Assembly: GCA_041639695.1 (NCBI GenBank) | Contig: JBEQBQ010000019.1 | Span: forward strand, 1-18,189 | Length of the DNA: 18,189 nt | Origin: Candidatus Nanohaloarchaea archaeon | GTDB lineage: Archaea > Nanohalarchaeota > Nanosalinia > Nanosalinales > Nanosalinaceae | Reading direction: 5' to 3' | Part shown: piece after piece, positions 7,075-15,882 of the stretch | Position numbering within the stretch: position 1 is the first letter of the stretch | Layout: every line of letters begins with the position of its first letter | The notes under the pieces: generated by a model | What the model saw: only the letters and a program-made list of their open reading frames with translations | Told to the model about the DNA's origin: nothing | The model's database searches: none | Position numbers and translations under genes: made by a program

Positions 7075-8348
7075 GCGTTTTCTGATGTAAAGGTGGCGGC
7101 CGAGATAATGTCGCCCATACCTACTGTTTTTTCCGGATCATCGTGCATCAGTATCGGGATGGCGGCCACTTTCTTTCCGTCAACCTCTGTATAACCTGTC
7201 TTGCTGAAATCTTTGATTTCTTTCCTCTCTGCAAACTTTGTGAGCTGTTCAATTCCTTCAATCTCCAGGCTATTATTTTCAGTTTCAAAGCTTTCTAAGT
7301 CTTTTTTAGACGGTATTCTGCCTGTCTCGGCCTCTTGTATGGCAGTAATCTCTCCGAAAAGCATCGAATCTAGTATGTCTCTGGCCTCGGTTTCATGTTC
7401 TTTTTCAGCGACCACCAAGTGGTAACTGAAGCCATGGAAATGTATCCGGGAGATATCAAGTTTTTCAAGTAGCTCTCTACACTTTTCGTATCCTTCAACT
7501 AGGTCAAGGCTTTCACTTGCTTCTATGTCTTCTATTTCCAGTATCTTGTGTATTTCGTTTTCGTCTACGCCAATACTATCTACTTCAGGCACTATGTAGT
7601 TCATTACAAGTCTGGAAGTTTGCATATTTTTATGGGCGAACTCCAGATGGAGCGGAGAGCTTATTGCTTTAAGCTGCCGTGCAGACTTCTTCATTTTAGA
7701 CTCCCTGTTTCCCTCGACGTCATGAAAGCCTGAAATAAAACCGCAGTCAATCTTGGTATCCAGTTCGACAGTATTTTTCTCGAGATCAGAATTGAAGTAA
7801 GGTCCAAAACCTTTTAGGCTGTCGGAAAGTATCAGTCTGCCGGTTCTACCCGTTTTGAATTCAAAAATCAGGTTTTTCTTCGTTCGTGTAGAGTTGGTAC
7901 ATTCTCCGATTTTTTCTTCGATTATCCTGTTTTTCCCGGGTTTTGGGTAACGGACACCGGTATCAAGCACAGTTGAAAGCTCTTCAGAGAGTAGCGGCGT
8001 GTAGAAAAGAGGGTTGCCGCCGATTCTTGACAAAAGATTCGCTATTATACCTGCCTGACCTCCTATCCGTGGTTCGCCTTCCGGATCGTAATCAAGCTTT
8101 CCTTTCTCCACCTCGTGGTTCTCCTCGTTTTCCATGCAGTACTTCAAGGCTTGCTCCAGCTGCGCCTTCGTATTAATTTTGTCGTGGAGCTTCGGATTTA
8201 CCTCCGAAATCTCAAGTTCCAGATCTTCCACGCACGATATTACGTCAATATTGGCATTATAAGCTGTTAGAACGGTCGTGTCATCTGCTCTGCCTGTATT
8301 GATTGAGTTGTATTTCTCAGTCCATTCTTCTTTCAGAGTCCTTTGCAA
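7071..8348 (-). CDS. ADP-dependent glucokinase/phosphofructokinase
   Basis: NANID, IGGQAGIIAN and TVGMGD (ribokinase-fold catalytic Asp). The start is uncertain: TTG at 8348 or CTG at 8336. Confidence 0.9.
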   Translation of the reverse strand: MQRTLKEEWTEKYNSINTGRADDTTVLTAYNANIDVISCVEDLELEISEVNPKLHDKINTKAQLEQALKYCMENEENHEVEKGKLDYDPEGEPRIGGQAGIIANLLSRIGGNPLFYTPLLSEELSTVLDTGVRYPKPGKNRIIEEKIGECTNSTRTKKNLIFEFKTGRTGRLILSDSLKGFGPYFNSDLEKNTVELDTKIDCGFISGFHDVEGNRESKMKKSARQLKAISSPLHLEFAHKNMQTSRLVMNYIVPEVDSIGVDENEIHKILEIEDIEASESLDLVEGYEKCRELLEKLDISRIHFHGFSYHLVVAEKEHETEARDILDSMLFGEITAIQEAETGRIPSKKDLESFETENNSLEIEGIEQLTKFAERKEIKDFSKTGYTEVDGKKVAAIPILMHDDPEKTVGMGDIISAATFTSENA

Positions 8349-8965
8349 AGATCCATCACTTCCTCATATACGTCTTCAGCTTTTACAACTCCGGAAGCAA
8401 CTAGAACGCCTTCACAACCGAGTTCGATACTTTTCTCAACGTCTTGTCTGTCTTTAATCCCGGCGCCCGTTAAAACGGGTACTTTGCTTCTTTCAACGGC
8501 TTCCTCAATCATCTCAGGTTTTGCTGAAGATACTGATACATCTCCTCCGATTAGTTGAGGTGGTTCGAAAGCAATAAAGTCCGGACGGTATTCTGAAAGT
8601 TTTTCACATTCTCTTGGTGTCTGGGCGCAGACTACTGAGGTAAGGTCGTGATCTCTGGCTTTCTGTACTGCTTTGCCGACCTCTTCTATCCTCCGCTCAG
8701 AGTGGTTTATCAGGGTGCCTGTTGCGCCTGCATCCTTAACGCCTTTAGCTAGCACGGAGCCGGTCTTGCTTCCAGGCTCTACCGGATCAATATGCTGGGC
8801 AAAAGCTTCCGCATCAGTGTGGCTTACTCTAGGAAGGTCTTCGGGAGAAGGTGCAACTATAACTTCTTCGCCAGATTCTTTCATGGCTTTTCCACAGATC
8901 TCTGCTATCTCCCTTGCTCCGTTGCCTGTGGCACGTTCGTAAGCCTTAAGGTTTACAATTATCAT
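8333..8965 (-). CDS. tpiA: Triosephosphate isomerase, short archaeal type
   Basis: IVNLKAY, INHSERR, AFEPPQLIGG, GAGI, GVLVASGVVKA; 210 aa. Confidence 0.96.
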   Translation of the reverse strand: MIIVNLKAYERATGNGAREIAEICGKAMKESGEEVIVAPSPEDLPRVSHTDAEAFAQHIDPVEPGSKTGSVLAKGVKDAGATGTLINHSERRIEEVGKAVQKARDHDLTSVVCAQTPRECEKLSEYRPDFIAFEPPQLIGGDVSVSSAKPEMIEEAVERSKVPVLTGAGIKDRQDVEKSIELGCEGVLVASGVVKAEDVYEEVMDLCKGL

Positions 8966-10683
8966 TCTATCTCTACATCTCCCTCAGAAGAAGTTATATC
9001 GAGTTTTTCTCCGTCAATTCTCTTGTTTTTTCTTCTTGCTGAGAATTCTTGCGGTGTGCTGTTCCTTTCAGGGTTCATCAGGTATGAGTCGATGGCGTGA
9101 ACAAACATGGCGGCGCTCCAGGCCTGCTCGGAACAGCCCAGAAGCTCTCCTGTCTCTGCATCCATCACTTCTGGAAGAGAACCGATCTGGTTGCGATCTA
9201 GGAACTTCTGCATCTTCTTCAACAGGTTTAAGCCCTGCCTGTCGTTTCCAACCTTAAAGTTTGCTGCCGCTCCTAGAGCTGTGGTCAAGCCCCATACACT
9301 ACCGGTGTGATAACCCTTTGAATCATAACCTGGGTCCATAGCGGATCTGGTTCTTATGCCGTACTGGGATGTAAACTCTCCGTTAATACGCTCCATCACG
9401 TTTTCAGCTACCTCATCTTCCAGATGGCCGAAGAGAACAGGTACTAAGATGTTGAAAGTATTTTTTGGTTCTCCAAGCTCGTCAACAACCTCTCCATCTT
9501 TAACAAACTTATCCATGCCTTTCTCCAGTTCTTTATGCCGGTAATCGTCCATTATATCAGCGGCTTCCAGCCAGAGAGACTGTATATCGATTGCTTTTTC
9601 TCTGGGTATTGTGTCCATCCATGTACCGCATGGATCATGCGTTACAACCCCATCTTCTATGTCCAGATGTTTCATGGCCTCTTTTCGGGCTTCTCTAATT
9701 TTTTCGGAGATGCTGTCGTGTTGCTTTAGCTTTTCCGAGGCAAGAATAAACAGGGGGCAGTGGTCCTCTCTTCCTGTGTCTTCGGTTGTGCCATCGAGGT
9801 TGATCTTTCCTGTCAGGTTGTTTTCAGCAAAGTTCTCAAGTATTTCGTGTGAAACTTCGAAGTATCCGGCATCTACAAGCCCTAGAACCGATATCAGGCT
9901 GTCACGGGCCCAGTAGCTCTGGAACCATGGGTGGCCGGCTATAATTCCTTTCCCTTCCTTGTCGTATATGAGGTTCTCCATGCTGTCTACGCAGGAGTTG
10001 AAACACCTGGAAAGATCGCCCGTCATTTTCGCATCGGTTTTTTCCAGTTTTCCGAAGCTTACTTCAGTGGTTGAGAAGTCTAGTTCCAGTTTTTCAGAGC
10101 TTTTTGGATCCAGTTCTTTCCTGAAAACCATCTGTCCTGGTACGAATGCTTTCTGTCTTTCTCCTGGATAATGTTCTTTTAGATGCTCTTCGCCTTCAAT
10201 CTTGAAAGAATCTTTAGTATTCAGGACAAGTTTCTTGTCCTCGGAACAAAATACTGTTTTGCCGGGGCTTTTTTCGATACTGTAATCTTCAGGCCCTATG
10301 TCTTGATCTTTTCTTCTGATATCTAGTCCAAGCTCAAGACCTATATGAACTGCTTTCTTCTCTTCTGTTTTGTTCTGAAGTTTAATTTCGATTTTGAATC
10401 CTGGATGTGATTCAGGGACTTTTAGGTCTTCTCTTATCTGCAGGCTGTCGGTCTCGTGGTGGAAAACGAATGAGTCGCCGTATTCGGTTGCGTTCAAGGT
10501 GTCGGGTCCGAGCCAGACTCCGTTTAGCTTGATTGCGTAGTAGTCCAGGAATTTGTAGGGCGGAGACCAGTATCCGGACCATTTAGATTTGAATCCGGTG
10601 TCCATGTAGCGTTCGATAAAGCCGTGGAGGTTGGATGCAACGCCTTTTCTCGAGTCAAGGTTTTGGTCAAGGGTGTACTTCAT
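8962..10683 (-). CDS. Amylo-alpha-1,6-glucosidase / glycogen debranching enzyme-like (GDE_C, alpha6/alpha6 barrel)
   Basis: IIAGHPWFQSYWARDSLIS, GTWMDT, YHTGSVW, LPEVMD and GCSEQAWSAA motifs. ATGA overlap with tpiA. Confidence 0.88.
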   Translation of the reverse strand: MKYTLDQNLDSRKGVASNLHGFIERYMDTGFKSKWSGYWSPPYKFLDYYAIKLNGVWLGPDTLNATEYGDSFVFHHETDSLQIREDLKVPESHPGFKIEIKLQNKTEEKKAVHIGLELGLDIRRKDQDIGPEDYSIEKSPGKTVFCSEDKKLVLNTKDSFKIEGEEHLKEHYPGERQKAFVPGQMVFRKELDPKSSEKLELDFSTTEVSFGKLEKTDAKMTGDLSRCFNSCVDSMENLIYDKEGKGIIAGHPWFQSYWARDSLISVLGLVDAGYFEVSHEILENFAENNLTGKINLDGTTEDTGREDHCPLFILASEKLKQHDSISEKIREARKEAMKHLDIEDGVVTHDPCGTWMDTIPREKAIDIQSLWLEAADIMDDYRHKELEKGMDKFVKDGEVVDELGEPKNTFNILVPVLFGHLEDEVAENVMERINGEFTSQYGIRTRSAMDPGYDSKGYHTGSVWGLTTALGAAANFKVGNDRQGLNLLKKMQKFLDRNQIGSLPEVMDAETGELLGCSEQAWSAAMFVHAIDSYLMNPERNSTPQEFSARRKNKRIDGEKLDITSSEGDVEIE

Positions 10684-10787
10684 AGCCTGAACTTGTCCGG
10701 GTTCGACTAAAAAGACCTTATTTTAACCTTCGAGTGGCAAAACAAAGGTGTGAGGAGTTTTTATACCACTCTTCCGCAATCGTTTCT
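10684..10787. promoter_or_regulatory. Divergent promoter region between the debranching-tpiA-kinase unit and the synthase-pgi-GT4 unit
   Basis: Minus-strand CTTTTTAG (10714-10707) is 24-31 nt before ATG 10683. Plus-strand TTTTTATA (10758-10765) is 23-30 nt before ATG 10788. Confidence 0.6.
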
Positions 10788-12527
10788 ATGAAGCCCGACA
10801 ACTTTCTCGAGGTCTCGTTCGAGGTCGCAAACAAGGTAGGGGGCATCCACCAGGTGCTGAAGTCAAAAGCCGGAAAAATGAAGCAACAGTACGGCGAAAA
10901 CTACGTAGCAATAGGCTTTTACGACCCGGAATCTGATATGAGCGAGTTCGTACCAAGAGACTGTCCTGAATGGGCAGACTCACTTGAAGACCTTGAGGGG
11001 ATAGAGGTTCACTGTGGCGTATGGAGTATTCCTGGATCGCCAAGATGTATACTCGTAGATCCATCGGGCATGGAAAAAGACATAGGAGAAATTAAGCAAG
11101 AACTCTGGGAAAACCACGGCGTTGACTCTATGGACGCAGGACATGACTTCGATGAACCTGTAAAATGGAGTTACGCAGTTGGAAAAGTAGTAGAAAAACT
11201 CGCGGAAAACATGGAAGGCGAAACCGTTGTACAAGCCCATGAATGGCTTTCAGGCCCTGCAATCATAGGACATGACATTCCTTCAGTCTTTACAACTCAC
11301 GCAACATTTTTGGGCCGCGTACTATCCAACTCCGACTATGACTTAGAATCCGCTGTAGACGAAGGAAACGTTGATCAATCTCTAGCAGAACAGCACGGTG
11401 TAAAAGCAAAGCACCAGATCGAGAAAACTTCTGCAGAGGAAGCAGACGTATTCACAACCGTAAGTCAGAACACAGGAAAAGAGGCAGAAGCAGTGCTTGA
11501 AACCAAGCCGGACGTAATACTTCCAAACGGCTTTAACGTAGAAGACTTTCCAAGTCTGGAAGAACTATCTTACGACCACAAGAAAAAGAAGCAGCACGTC
11601 AAAGAGTTCCTTAGAGCATACTTCAAGCCTTATTATGATGTAGATCTTGAAAGCGATCCTAGAATACTATTTACCTCGGGCAGATACGAGTTCAGGAACA
11701 AAGGTGTCGATGTCTTTATAGATGCGCTCTCCAAGCTCAACGAACAGGAAGGAGAAGACTTCTTTGTGTTCATTCTGGTGCCTACAGATACGAAAGGACC
11801 AAACAAGGAGATACTTGAGAACGTTTCCCTTTACGATGAACTCGACGACTATATAGAAGGAGTGCTTCCTGAAGTCCGGTCCAAGATGCTTGACACACTT
11901 ACTTCAGGCAATAAAGTCGTAGATGAATTGGAGGAAATTTTCAGCGATAACTCGGCGACCCTAGACTCCTTGAGGAAGAACTTTATGGCCAAGGAGGGCA
12001 ATCCCCCTCTTTCAGCCTTCGAACTAAATTACGCTGAAGATGAGATACTGGAGACTCTCTGGGATAAAGGATTAAGGAATAGAGAAGAAGACCGGGTGAA
12101 GGTAGTTTTCTACCCTACATATCTTTCAGTTGGAGACAGACTCCTATCTATGGACTACAACGATTTCATGGTGGCTTCAAGCGCTGGAATATTCCCTAGC
12201 TACTATGAGCCATGGGGATACACGCCTGTTGAAACAGCGGCAAACGGAGCACTGTCCATAACAACGGACATGGCCGGGTTCGGAAAATACCTAAAGGAGA
12301 ATTCAAAAGAGGAAGAGAGAAAAGGCATTAGAGTTCTTGAAAGGGAAGGCAGAGGCGATGAAGAGGTTTCCCAAGACTTGGCTGAGATGATAGGCGAATT
12401 TGTCTCATACGAAAAGACCGAGATCACTGAGAGAAAACACAACGCAAGGAAGCTTGCACAACTGACGTCATGGAACAAGCTTGCTGAAAACTACTTTGAG
12501 GCGCATAGCAAGGCACTAGGTGAATAA
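10788..12527 (+). CDS. Glycogen synthase, GT3 family
   Basis: EVSFEVANKVGGI, AHEW, FTTHATFLGR, SGRYEFRNKGVD, FPSYYEPWGYTPVE and TTDMAGFG. Start set at ATG 10788 by motif position and TATA spacing. Confidence 0.93.
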   Translation: MKPDNFLEVSFEVANKVGGIHQVLKSKAGKMKQQYGENYVAIGFYDPESDMSEFVPRDCPEWADSLEDLEGIEVHCGVWSIPGSPRCILVDPSGMEKDIGEIKQELWENHGVDSMDAGHDFDEPVKWSYAVGKVVEKLAENMEGETVVQAHEWLSGPAIIGHDIPSVFTTHATFLGRVLSNSDYDLESAVDEGNVDQSLAEQHGVKAKHQIEKTSAEEADVFTTVSQNTGKEAEAVLETKPDVILPNGFNVEDFPSLEELSYDHKKKKQHVKEFLRAYFKPYYDVDLESDPRILFTSGRYEFRNKGVDVFIDALSKLNEQEGEDFFVFILVPTDTKGPNKEILENVSLYDELDDYIEGVLPEVRSKMLDTLTSGNKVVDELEEIFSDNSATLDSLRKNFMAKEGNPPLSAFELNYAEDEILETLWDKGLRNREEDRVKVVFYPTYLSVGDRLLSMDYNDFMVASSAGIFPSYYEPWGYTPVETAANGALSITTDMAGFGKYLKENSKEEERKGIRVLEREGRGDEEVSQDLAEMIGEFVSYEKTEITERKHNARKLAQLTSWNKLAENYFEAHSKALGE

Positions 12528-12528
12528 A

Positions 12529-13701
12529 ATGTCTATACAGATCGAGATAGATCACGTAAACGAAAAGACACGTTCGGTTCAAAAACTCCCCAGAAAAAAG
12601 AACCCTGATTTTTCGGACTACGAACCCGATATAGAAAATATAATTGAAAAAAGAGATCAGAAAGAATACGAAAATCTAGTTGTCATAGGTAACGGAGGCT
12701 CTATAACAAGTTTCAGAGCTTATCTATACGCTTTCTTGAGAGAGGCTGAGAAAAACGTCCGTCTTGTAACAACTATGGACCCGGACTACCTCAACACCTT
12801 GAAAAGAGAGCTGGATGAGGATGAGACTCTTGTAATGCCAATAAGTAAATCCGGGGAGACCGCAGGAGTGATAGAAGCATCCTTGTTCTTCCTTGACCAC
12901 GGATACGAACTTTTCCCGGTAACTTCCGATAATGAGGGTGCTTTGAGAGAAATTGTTGAAGAAAGAGGATTTGACTGGATCGAACACCCTGATGTCGGTG
13001 GAAGGTTCTCTGGTCTAACTGAAACAGCTTTAGCACCTGCAGCATTTGCAGGTATAGATGTACAGGAAATAAGAAAAGGTGGAGAAGAGATTTACGAGAA
13101 ACTGTCTCCTGATAACAAGTATAATCCGGCGCTTAACGTGGCTTCAGCGCTTTACGACTCCGAGCAGAAAGGTTTTGATCAAGTCTTCACTCCTTTCTAC
13201 TCTTCGAGGCTTTTCGGTTTCTATCCCCTATTCGTGCAGTTGATGCATGAAACAGTATGTAAGGAAGGAGAGGGCCAGACATTTTACGGCGATATGGGCC
13301 CGGAATGCCAGCACCACACGAACCAACGTGTTTTCGGCGGCGAGAGGAACGTTGCCACCATGTTCTTCAGAACTGATGCTCATGAGATGCAGACAATCGA
13401 TGTGCCTGACGACCTGAAGAATATTGGGTTAAGGGACAGGAAGCTGAAAGATCTTGATGGTCTTGAGTTAAGTGAGTCGCTGAAATCGGAGTATCAGGGG
13501 GTGAAGGATGCGATGGATGAAGAAGATATGCCTAATATTACGATAAATCTGACTGATGTCTCACACAGAACATTAGGAAAGCTTGTAGGTTTTATGCAGT
13601 ATTTGGCGGCTTATTCGGCGTGGTTGAGAGATGTTGATCCTTTCACGCAGCCGGATGTCGAGAAATCAAAGCAGATAGGTTTTGAGGAGAGGTTTGAATG
13701 A
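12529..13701 (+). CDS. pgi: Glucose-6-phosphate isomerase
   Basis: GNGGS, ISKSGET, VGGRFS, QLMHE, QHH and DPFTQPDVEKSK; catalytic Glu, His and Lys equivalents are present. ATG lies 1 nt after the synthase stop (GTG 12520 is an alternative start). Confidence 0.88.
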   Translation: MSIQIEIDHVNEKTRSVQKLPRKKNPDFSDYEPDIENIIEKRDQKEYENLVVIGNGGSITSFRAYLYAFLREAEKNVRLVTTMDPDYLNTLKRELDEDETLVMPISKSGETAGVIEASLFFLDHGYELFPVTSDNEGALREIVEERGFDWIEHPDVGGRFSGLTETALAPAAFAGIDVQEIRKGGEEIYEKLSPDNKYNPALNVASALYDSEQKGFDQVFTPFYSSRLFGFYPLFVQLMHETVCKEGEGQTFYGDMGPECQHHTNQRVFGGERNVATMFFRTDAHEMQTIDVPDDLKNIGLRDRKLKDLDGLELSESLKSEYQGVKDAMDEEDMPNITINLTDVSHRTLGKLVGFMQYLAAYSAWLRDVDPFTQPDVEKSKQIGFEERFE

Positions 13702-14303
13702 AGGCGGTATTCCTCTCGAAAAGCTTCAGGGACGGCGAAGGTATCTCCGAACACATCAAGTCTATAGCTGAATCTCTTGTAAATGAAGGCCACGAGGCCC
13801 ATATTGTCTCTTTTGATGATGGTACGTACTATTCTATCGATGAACGGGTTGAGGTCACGCGCATGCCTCTCCATTTTGAGGGCGACAACCTGTATAACTG
13901 GAGTTTGATGATGAACAATCAACTGAAGGAGAAAGCCGTCTCACTATTGGAGGAGGAAGAGTTCGATCTTGTGCACGCAAATGATTGGACTACGATACCT
14001 GCTGGTGTGGCGGTTTCGAAGAAAGCTGAAAAGCCTCTAGCTTTGACCTTGCATTCGACTGAGAATGAGAGAGGTTTTGATGGTGAGCATTCAGAGATGA
14101 TCTCGGAGCTGGAGTGGCAGGGGGGATATGAGTCCGAATTAATATTTGTGACTCGCGATGAGACCCGTAACTCTGCGATCTTTGACTTGGATGTCCCTGA
14201 TGAGAAAATTGAACAAATAAACCCATTCAACGATGGATGGGAAGGAACAGTTTTAAACAGATATAAGGGAATTATTGGAAACAAGAAGGAGGTCAAACAC
14301 TAA
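13698..14303 (+). CDS. GT4 N-terminal (acceptor-binding) domain-only protein
   Basis: 201 aa. LVHANDW...LTLHSTE...ELEWQG...DVPDEKI is collinear with the downstream GT4 N-domain. No ExxGxxxxE donor domain. ATGA overlap with pgi. Confidence 0.82.
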   Translation: MKAVFLSKSFRDGEGISEHIKSIAESLVNEGHEAHIVSFDDGTYYSIDERVEVTRMPLHFEGDNLYNWSLMMNNQLKEKAVSLLEEEEFDLVHANDWTTIPAGVAVSKKAEKPLALTLHSTENERGFDGEHSEMISELEWQGGYESELIFVTRDETRNSAIFDLDVPDEKIEQINPFNDGWEGTVLNRYKGIIGNKKEVKH

Positions 14304-14305
14304 AA

Positions 14306-15454
14306 ATGAAGCCGCTGTTTCTCACCTGGGAGTATCCGCCACATAAGGCAGGTGGGATAGCGGCGCACTGCGAAGACCTCGCAACCACCTTAGCAGCACA
14401 GGGACACGAACCGATAGTTATCACGAGAGGAGAAGAAGAAAAAATCGAACACAGAGATGGCGTAAAAATTGTAAGAATCAACACGAACGTTTCTGCGCCC
14501 GATACGCTTTCATGGGCGATGCGTTTCTCACACGAAATGGAGAAGAAAGCTATAGAGATAGATAAAAGAGAAGATATCGATCTGGTTCACGGCCACGACT
14601 GGATGACCGTCCCAGGAACAATAGGTGTGAAGAAAACACTTGATGTCCCTATGGTCTTCACCGTTCACTCCACCACAAAAGGAAGAGATGGAACGCTGGA
14701 AGGAGACTATCAGAAGACCAAGCACAACCTGGAATGGTACGGAACGTATGAAGCCGAGGAAGTTATCACGGTAGGTAGAGAGTTCTCTGATGAGGTAAAA
14801 AATACATTTGATGTGCCTGATGAGAAGGTAAACTATATTCCGAATGGGGTGGATCTCGAGAAGTTTGACAGCCACTCACATAATCTCCAAAGGAATAACT
14901 ATGCTTTGGACTGGGAGAATATTGTTCTATTTGTAGGGAGAATGTACCCGCAGAAAGGCCCAGGACATCTTATAGAAGCGATGCCTAAGATTCTTGACTC
15001 CAGACCGGAAGCCAAGTTCGTTATGTGTGGATCAGGTGCAACAGAACACTACAAAGGTATAGCAAAGTCGAAGGTAGGCGACAAAGTACATTTCCCAGGA
15101 TATGTATCTGACCAAGAGTTGATCGGTTTAATGAAGAACGCGGAGATGATGGTAACGCCTTCGGTCTATGAACCGTTCGGTATCGTGCCTTTGGAGGCGG
15201 CGGCCTGTGAAACCTCAACGGTCGGAAGCTATACCGGTGGAATGAAAGATACAATCGTCCACGAATACACAGGTCTTCACACCTATCCTGAGGATTCAGG
15301 TTCTATAGCGTACCAGGTCAACCGCGCTTTGAATGATCCGGGTTGGAACGACTGGATGGGCGACAACGCTAGAGAGCGTGTAGAAGACAACTTCCGCTGG
15401 GAGCAGATCGCAGGCTGGACAACAGGAATCTACAGGAGTGCTATTGAGCATTAG
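14306..15454 (+). CDS. GT4 glycosyltransferase (alpha-glucan/glycogen synthesis-associated)
   Basis: WEYPPHKAGG, HGHDW, FVGRMYPQKG and PSVYEPFGIVPLEA. Confidence 0.92.
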   Translation: MKPLFLTWEYPPHKAGGIAAHCEDLATTLAAQGHEPIVITRGEEEKIEHRDGVKIVRINTNVSAPDTLSWAMRFSHEMEKKAIEIDKREDIDLVHGHDWMTVPGTIGVKKTLDVPMVFTVHSTTKGRDGTLEGDYQKTKHNLEWYGTYEAEEVITVGREFSDEVKNTFDVPDEKVNYIPNGVDLEKFDSHSHNLQRNNYALDWENIVLFVGRMYPQKGPGHLIEAMPKILDSRPEAKFVMCGSGATEHYKGIAKSKVGDKVHFPGYVSDQELIGLMKNAEMMVTPSVYEPFGIVPLEAAACETSTVGSYTGGMKDTIVHEYTGLHTYPEDSGSIAYQVNRALNDPGWNDWMGDNARERVEDNFRWEQIAGWTTGIYRSAIEH

Positions 15455-15458
15455 AATG

Positions 15459-15466
15459 TTTTTTCT
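15459..15466 (+). terminator. Putative oligo-T archaeal terminator
   Basis: TTTTTTCT a few bases after the GT4 stop codon. Confidence 0.35.
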
Positions 15467-15531
15467 ATGGTCTAAATGCGAAGCTTTTTATCACACGAAT
15501 GTTATATTGTTATTGTAAGGTGACAAAAATT

Positions 15532-15867
15532 ATGGGTGCCGCAGCCAAAGATCCGATGTCGGGAGTTGAGAACAGCCTCGAAAAAGGCTCAGAAGATCTA
15601 GAGCAGGAATTAGACCCTGGTCAAGAAGGTTTAGGTTCCGAGGTAGAGCAGGTATACGAGACCGGTAAAGAATACGCCGAGGAGACAGTCGAATACATGG
15701 AGGATCATCCCTTCGAGATGGGCCTCTATGGAGGCATGGTTGCCATCGATCCTGCCGCGGCTGTTATAGCCGAGGGACTGGAAATCGCAGGAGAAGAAGT
15801 CTATGATAGAGCGGAAAGCTTCTGGGATTCTGAGAGCCACCACATCTATACCGACATTCTCCACTGA
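15532..15867 (+). CDS. Small acidic hypothetical protein with a hydrophobic segment
   Basis: 111 aa from ATG 15532, with TTATAT 25-30 nt upstream. Glu-rich composition matches the neighbouring genes. Confidence 0.65.
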   Translation: MGAAAKDPMSGVENSLEKGSEDLEQELDPGQEGLGSEVEQVYETGKEYAEETVEYMEDHPFEMGLYGGMVAIDPAAAVIAEGLEIAGEEVYDRAESFWDSESHHIYTDILH

Positions 15868-15882
15868 CTCTTTCTTCTTTAT

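Noticed and set aside
13234-13680. Divergent PGI motifs (QLMHETVCK, TQPDVEKSK) as a sign of inactivation
   Set aside because: Catalytic Glu, His and Lys equivalents are retained, so this is ordinary divergence.
2582-15254. Many short ORFs opposite established genes (e.g. 2582..2881, 4585..5013, 9611..9916, 13919..14296)
   Set aside because: Ser/Phe-rich antisense frames expected from Glu/Lys-rich sense genes; no independent support.
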